A DNA stretch of 31,159 bases from an uncultured Candidatus Poseidoniales archaeon (GTDB taxonomy: Archaea; Thermoplasmatota; Poseidoniia; Poseidoniales; Thalassarchaeaceae): contig CAZXZO010000021.1 of the NCBI GenBank assembly GCA_964645485.1, positions 1-31,159 of the forward strand. The letters run 5' to 3'. Below the pieces are notes generated by a model that was given only the letters and a program-made list of their open reading frames with translations, did no database searches and had not been told where the DNA came from. Of this stretch, positions 25,667-31,159 are shown piece after piece; the first letter of the stretch is position 1; the number at the start of each line of letters is the position of its first letter. A program made the translations under genes and the position numbers.

Positions 25667-28351
25667 TCAATCTTCACTATCCTTGCGGCGGCGTTTTGGG
25701 CGTCGGCGTTTTTCTACTGGCTCTGGTTCAGTCTCTGAAATCTTTGCCGGTGGAGGTGATTCACCATCATCTACTGAGAAGTCTGTGACTTCTTTTTTAT
25801 CCTTCAATACATTACCAACTACGGTATTATCAGGGATTAATTCGACTTCAACCTCTTGGCCGGGTAGTATTCCATCTTCGCCTGTGATATCAAAGATATC
25901 AGCCCGAATATCTGCATCGGATGCGCTTAACTCTACTTCGGAATCTTGCAGATGGCGACGTCCTTCCTTGTCTCCAATGATATCGTCAAGGTCAACCTTT
26001 TCCGTTTCGTGAGCAGACCGCATTGATGTAATCACTAATTCATCTTCTGCCTCTTCTTCGGTCAAATCAACTTCTTGTTGCTCACGGTCCGCTATTGCAG
26101 CATCAATTTCTTGCTCAGCCTCTGTGAGATGTTCATCCCAATCAGATTCTAACTGTTCCTCAGCATATCCCATTTCAGAAATTGCATCGCCGTAGTCTTC
26201 TGCACCACGCACAATCTCATCATCGTCTTCCTCAACTTCTTCCTCAACCTCGTCGTGAGCGATTTCCTTGCGTGTACGGCGCTCATAGAAGGAAGAGACA
26301 TCCTGAACAGTACCGCAATATGGACAGTACTCCATTACATCTGGAATGTTAGAATTACAAGATTCGCAATCATGGAATTGAGATAGCCCTTCAACAAGGT
26401 CAAACTCACAGTATGGGCAGAATTCCTCATCACCTTCAATTTCACCATCACAAGATGGGCAGTAATCGTAAGTTTCTCTCTCACCCTCTTCTGAATCCAC
26501 TCGTGTCAACTTAATTGCTGCTGCTAGAACTATAATTAACAGTAAACCTGCAAATATAAACAACAATGTTGAAGCAGTGAAATTTGATGATTCGGTCTGC
26601 GGACCATCATTACTGGTGGCTGAAATCGACCACGCTGCTGTCCATGTTGCTACAGAACTTCCTGCTGGAACAATATACAACTCAAAAGAACCGGCCTCAT
26701 CAGCCTTGAAACTACAAAGTATAGAATTAGTTCCAACTGATGCTGTGAAATTAACGCTCGTGGTGCTCAATACTTCCCCTTCTCCATGATTAAGACAGGT
26801 GAACACCTCGCTTCCGGTACCCTCGTCTGAAACAATGTCAATGGTGTATGTGTAGGTGTTTCCAACCACCAATGGCGTATGGGCTGGAGTCCAACTTTCA
26901 CTTTCTTGCAGAAAGCGCAAGCGAAGATTGCTATGCAATGTTACTGAACCAAAGGCGGTATTATCGTTGATATTGGAATCGTAACTAATAGCATTGGCCT
27001 CCCAACTTGCACTAAATTGTAATGCCCCTTCTTCACCACTTGGACCCACTACTGTAAATGTGAAAGTACGCTCTTCCCCACCTGGAATCCCCAACCCTAA
27101 CAACGGTTGTAAGGAATTGCCATCAAATGATGCTGATAAATCACCAATCACAGCTATTGAACCGGTATTAATTACTGTAACATCAAAATTAACCTGCTCA
27201 CCTGCTAAAATTGAATCACTCGATGCCGAGGCGTGAGGCGAAACCACCACATTAGGTTCTGGATGGATTGTGATTTGAGTGTCAAGATCATCATTGAACT
27301 GGATTGATTGTGGGACCTGCCTACTTGGGTCTATCCGCACTCTCAAAGTGTGAACACCGGGCTCAAGGGAAGGCATTTGTGACAAGGTCAACTCTTGCTC
27401 CCAATTCTGTAATGTCGCACTCTCGGTAAAGGTCATATCAAAGGAAATAACGCTGGTTTCAAGTTCGCCATCAACTAGATAGATTCCTACGGTTATCGTG
27501 CTATCCCCTGTCCCACCCATTCTGAGGATTTGACCACTAAGAGTCCAAGGACCACTAAGAGTTCCAAGAACTGTCTCTACTGTAATCTCAGGATTTGGTT
27601 GCTGATGATGGAGATAATCAGGACTAGAAAAAACGGTGAATGGTAGAGGAGTTGCGGCATTGTTTCCTGTGTCTGACTCCGTTATCCCATCAGATGCTGA
27701 ATTTGCAATTGCACTAATTTGATGATTGCCTGCCAATGGAGCGTTGAATGAAGTTTGAATTGTAGTTGAAAAACCAGCAAGCAAAGGTGAAACCGCGAGT
27801 TCTGTCAGGGTTGCACCATCAAGTTGAACCAACAAATGTGATGCTGGTGAGTCGAGGTTCCCTTGGTTAGTGACATCGACTGAAAGATTTACAACATCGC
27901 CTTGATGTAAATCCGTTGCCGGTGTGATAGAAATATTGCTGGCAATTAAATCAATTTTACCAGCGACTTCGAACTGTTTAGAAACTGAATTCGTTGAACC
28001 GTTGTGAGTAACAACAAGAACAACTGCATGAGTACCGAATGGCACATCTGACCAAGTACCAGTTACCTGCACAAAACCGCCGCCTGAGATAACTACTGTT
28101 TCAGTATGGAATGCAGTATTCGCTTGACTATCTGGATGTAGTGAAACATCAATATTTGTGATACTTGTAGAAATGTTGTTTGTTAATGTCGCGGTGACTT
28201 CAACATCATCACCTTCGGAAGGAGATGAAGGAGAGATGGCAAGCCCATCAACACTGAAATTGACATCACCCGCATTTGCAGCATAAATCACTGGCACCAT
28301 TAAGAGGAGCAATAAAATTCCCGAAGTGGTGATGGCTGATGCCCGCCCCAT
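25667..28351 (-). CDS. Single-pass surface protein: signal peptide, CARDB/Ig-like domains, TM, cytoplasmic double zinc ribbon, long acidic tail
   Basis: Start moved to ATG 28351 (MGRASAITTSGILLLLLMVPVIYA); the longer ORF overlaps the divergent gene. CARDB patterns DL..SNI...P...GDVVNLSVDVTNQG and E...NN. CPSC/CPYC/CESC/CPYC after the TM. Confidence 0.85.
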   Translation of the reverse strand: MGRASAITTSGILLLLLMVPVIYAANAGDVNFSVDGLAISPSSPSEGDDVEVTATLTNNISTSITNIDVSLHPDSQANTAFHTETVVISGGGFVQVTGTWSDVPFGTHAVVLVVTHNGSTNSVSKQFEVAGKIDLIASNISITPATDLHQGDVVNLSVDVTNQGNLDSPASHLLVQLDGATLTELAVSPLLAGFSTTIQTSFNAPLAGNHQISAIANSASDGITESDTGNNAATPLPFTVFSSPDYLHHQQPNPEITVETVLGTLSGPWTLSGQILRMGGTGDSTITVGIYLVDGELETSVISFDMTFTESATLQNWEQELTLSQMPSLEPGVHTLRVRIDPSRQVPQSIQFNDDLDTQITIHPEPNVVVSPHASASSDSILAGEQVNFDVTVINTGSIAVIGDLSASFDGNSLQPLLGLGIPGGEERTFTFTVVGPSGEEGALQFSASWEANAISYDSNINDNTAFGSVTLHSNLRLRFLQESESWTPAHTPLVVGNTYTYTIDIVSDEGTGSEVFTCLNHGEGEVLSTTSVNFTASVGTNSILCSFKADEAGSFELYIVPAGSSVATWTAAWSISATSNDGPQTESSNFTASTLLFIFAGLLLIIVLAAAIKLTRVDSEEGERETYDYCPSCDGEIEGDEEFCPYCEFDLVEGLSQFHDCESCNSNIPDVMEYCPYCGTVQDVSSFYERRTRKEIAHDEVEEEVEEDDDEIVRGAEDYGDAISEMGYAEEQLESDWDEHLTEAEQEIDAAIADREQQEVDLTEEEAEDELVITSMRSAHETEKVDLDDIIGDKEGRRHLQDSEVELSASDADIRADIFDITGEDGILPGQEVEVELIPDNTVVGNVLKDKKEVTDFSVDDGESPPPAKISETEPEPVEKRRRPKRRRKDSED

Positions 28352-28490
28352 ATACTCTCGAGACCACATACTGCACTTCAACCCTGCCGATTGATGCCGC
28401 CAAGCAGCAATGTCTGCAACAAGGTATTCTACAAGTAGAATACAAAGCAAGGGTTGAAGGCAAAGGTTAGGTGTCCTCAATTTGGTGACC

Positions 28491-30266
28491 ATGCGACGCG
28501 CTGGTGTGATTGTTGCAATTGTCGCAACCTTAATGCTCGCCCTGATACCTATTGGTGAAGTCACTGCAAAGGGTGGAAAAGTATCCGCTCCTACTTTTGG
28601 AACAGGTCCCAGCCAAGGTGAAACTTTAGCGGGAAGCGTGACAATTCTAGTTTCCACAACTAGTGGATTAGATGCTGTGAGCCTCGAAATTTTTGATGGG
28701 TCTACATGGTCTGAGGTAACAAATATCACATCCTCTACTTCTTGGCTTTACAACTGGGATTCATCTTCGGTTAGTGATGGAGGTTACCAATTCCGAATCG
28801 AAGGATGGGCTAGTGGTGTATCTAGTGGTGTAACAAATGGTGCGAACTTTGTAGTTGATAATACCGTCCCGAGTAATCTTGTTTTAGTTACTGAAAACCC
28901 TGATTATGGCGATGGTTTGGCTATTTCAACACGGGCTTGGTATGCTATTCCTAGCACCGGAACACTCTCTTTCACATGGAACGCAAGCGACACAAACCTT
29001 GACCATGCAACCCTTACAGATGTACCCACTCCTGGCTCTCCGTCTAACGATGGGCCTGGTTTTCTCGCTCATAGATGGGACTGGTCGACCGGGAGTTTCC
29101 CTTCTCAAGGAACTTGGGACCCTGTCTTAACTGTCTATGATGCAGCCGGACTTTCCTCAACTGAAACCCGATATATCGGCATTGACACTGTTGGCCCGAC
29201 TGTAGGAACTCCAACCCTTTCGATTAGTAGTGATTGGAACAATGCGCAGAATCTCGTGTTCTCAAATCTGTTCAATGGCGCTTCTGATAATAGTGGCTCG
29301 GGAATCGCTGGCTATGAAGTCAGAGATTCTGCTGATGCCACTTGGAACTCTATCGGCATTGGTGGTTCAGGAACATTAAGCCTACAAGAAGGGGTGCGGA
29401 CAATACAATTCCGTGCGATTGACAATGTTGGCAATCGTGGCACTAGTAGCGATTACACCGTTAAAATTGACCATGTTGCGCCAGTTGCGGGAGGATGGCT
29501 TGTACCAGAACTAACCACGGCTCTGACAGGAACTGTTGACATCACAGTTCAAGCAAGCGATTCTTTGTCTGGAGTTGACTCTTCATTGACCAAAATCCAA
29601 TACGGATTTGACTCTGATGGAGTCGGTCAAACGCCAGATATTACTGGCTCTTGGATAGATGTAGGATATGGATTATCAACTAGCCTCTCATCATCAATTG
29701 ACTGGTCCACCAAACAAGGACAATTCCTCTCACTCCGTACAGTTCTAGTAGATAATGCTAGCAATTCTGACAACTCTGTAACTCAACATTTCATGGTTTT
29801 CCCAAGCCTTGATCTGTCTTGGAATAGTGCTTCTGTGGATCGTTTGGTTGTGCGTGCGGGAACCGAAGGAAAAGTGAATGTGACATCTACTCTTGTGAGT
29901 AATGAAGGATATTCCGGTAGTGTCGTTGTTAGATTACAAACTGCGCCAGCAGACCGAAACAACAACGTTGCTTGGACAACAATTGAGACTAGAACTCTGC
30001 AGCCTGGTTCATTATCGGATTTACAAGAACAATTGGTTTGGAGCATCACGATTTTGAATCCTGGAGAAATCGATATTCGCTTGACTGCTGACTCTTCCGA
30101 TTCAATTTCAGAGAGAGATGAAGCCAACAATGATGCCTACATGGTGGCTCAAGGAGCAGACCAAAAGATGGTTGGTTCAGTGGCTTCGTTTTCACCAACT
30201 TTGCTGATGGTAATCCTTGCTGGATTATACTTTGGATTACAGATTTCTAGATCTAAATCTGAATAA
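28491..30266 (+). CDS. Secreted Ig-like/CARDB domain protein with C-terminal membrane anchor
   Basis: Signal peptide MRRAGVIVAIVATLMLALIPIGEVTA; Ig-like repeats ending DNT.P / DT.GP / DHVAP; TIQFRAIDNVGN; CARDB-like SERDEANND; C-terminal TM. Start 28482-28491. Confidence 0.85.
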   Translation: MRRAGVIVAIVATLMLALIPIGEVTAKGGKVSAPTFGTGPSQGETLAGSVTILVSTTSGLDAVSLEIFDGSTWSEVTNITSSTSWLYNWDSSSVSDGGYQFRIEGWASGVSSGVTNGANFVVDNTVPSNLVLVTENPDYGDGLAISTRAWYAIPSTGTLSFTWNASDTNLDHATLTDVPTPGSPSNDGPGFLAHRWDWSTGSFPSQGTWDPVLTVYDAAGLSSTETRYIGIDTVGPTVGTPTLSISSDWNNAQNLVFSNLFNGASDNSGSGIAGYEVRDSADATWNSIGIGGSGTLSLQEGVRTIQFRAIDNVGNRGTSSDYTVKIDHVAPVAGGWLVPELTTALTGTVDITVQASDSLSGVDSSLTKIQYGFDSDGVGQTPDITGSWIDVGYGLSTSLSSSIDWSTKQGQFLSLRTVLVDNASNSDNSVTQHFMVFPSLDLSWNSASVDRLVVRAGTEGKVNVTSTLVSNEGYSGSVVVRLQTAPADRNNNVAWTTIETRTLQPGSLSDLQEQLVWSITILNPGEIDIRLTADSSDSISERDEANNDAYMVAQGADQKMVGSVASFSPTLLMVILAGLYFGLQISRSKSE

Positions 30267-30305
30267 TGCAATGAGTTGAAGCATTTCCAAAGTTGCTGTT
30301 AGAAA

Positions 30306-31034
30306 TCATTCTTCAGCATATTGAATTGTTTCATCGTCTGCTAGTTCCATCATCTCATTGACTGCTTCTTCATCCTCAGGGTCCACTTGAGCATTCTTGT
30401 ATCGGCGCTCACGACTTCTTGCATCTGCTAAACCTGGAACCAATTCGTCAAATCCTGCAATTGCTGTATCACCTTTTTCTTGAATGTACTCGAGACGACG
30501 AGAGGCTAACTTTTGCTCTCTACGTTCCCGTTCTAGGGCTTTGATTACTGTACCGTGCTCTGCACCTTGTAAAATTCGCTCAACTGCATGGCTAGCCAGA
30601 GGGATTGCTTCCTCATCACCAATCAATACGATTGTGCTTCCATAAACAGCCATTTCACAACCTGAATTCTGCTCAATAAAACGGCGAATTTTGCCATCGC
30701 TTCCAATCAATCTTCCTCGCATGCGCTTTTGTTGAAGGTATTGTTTACCTGTCCATTCACGCATATCTATAAGTTTGAAAAAACAGTCGTCTTCTAATAA
30801 TTTGATTGCTTTTTGAGGTGACATTCCTCTGCCAACTGCTTTGACGATTTCAGGAAATTTCATCATCTTCACTGGGTCCGTTTTTTCAGGGTCCCAACTA
30901 ATTGAAATGTCACCGCTTTCAGAATCAATTTCAAGTGCGACATTGGCGGCTTTTTCCAGCGATTTGCGGGTCGCTCCACGCTTTCCAATCAATACCGCTA
31001 CGCGGTCCATTGGCACCCTAACTGAAACCTCCAT
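30306..31034 (-). CDS. KH-domain RNA-binding protein, Dim2/Pno1-type small-subunit rRNA processing factor
   Basis: Two KH GxxG loops (VLIGKRG, RLIGSDG), VKAVGRGMSP, GAEHGTV, plus a charged C-terminal extension. Confidence 0.88.
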   Translation of the reverse strand: MEVSVRVPMDRVAVLIGKRGATRKSLEKAANVALEIDSESGDISISWDPEKTDPVKMMKFPEIVKAVGRGMSPQKAIKLLEDDCFFKLIDMREWTGKQYLQQKRMRGRLIGSDGKIRRFIEQNSGCEMAVYGSTIVLIGDEEAIPLASHAVERILQGAEHGTVIKALERERREQKLASRRLEYIQEKGDTAIAGFDELVPGLADARSRERRYKNAQVDPEDEEAVNEMMELADDETIQYAEE

Positions 31035-31159
31035 TGAGGCGGCCGACTTACCCGCTCCATTTCAACCTCGCGTAGGGCCACATCTGATTTCAATTTGCGC
31101 ACATATCCGCTGGAAGCACTTCGGCATACCCTCTTACGCAAAATCTGAATTGGATTTTC

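Noticed and set aside
28352-28729. N-terminal 126 aa of the 1020-aa ORF
   Set aside because: It overlaps the divergent gene antisense, and a clean signal peptide starts at ATG 28351.
31035-31159. 3' end of a RIO kinase gene, often adjacent to Dim2 in archaea
   Set aside because: No frame in these 125 bp gives a recognisable sequence, so it cannot be supported.

Overview
Gene-dense archaeal chromosome segment. It is most consistent with Marine Group II Thermoplasmatota (Ca. Poseidoniales); this is inferred from an archaeal uS2 and a Dim2-type KH protein sitting alongside bacterial-type metabolic enzymes and very large acidic surface proteins. From left to right: a truncated secreted Ca-binding (TSP3-like) protein with a (GQ)n tract, missed by the ORF track; a hairpin-rich 350-bp intergenic region; a pABA-type operon (class IV PLP lyase-like gene, PabB-PabA fusion, small Zn-finger membrane protein); a 2785-aa beta-propeller/FnIII-like surface protein; MaeB malic enzyme; a group II PLP decarboxylase carrying a CSAD-type specificity motif; three unknown membrane-protein genes; an unannotated small ORF; three winged-helix regulators around a perfect 29-bp direct repeat; DusB; uS2; a Cas4-family nuclease split by four transmembrane helices; a lipoprotein; two divergent Ig/CARDB surface proteins; and a Dim2-like KH protein. 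No transposase, integrase, tRNA, rRNA or true CRISPR array was seen. Best leads: the membrane-split Cas4-like nuclease, the CSAD-motif decarboxylase, the candidate structured RNA at about 634-961 and the duplicated operator/promoter unit at 20571-20704. All motif calls were made by eye, with no searches run.
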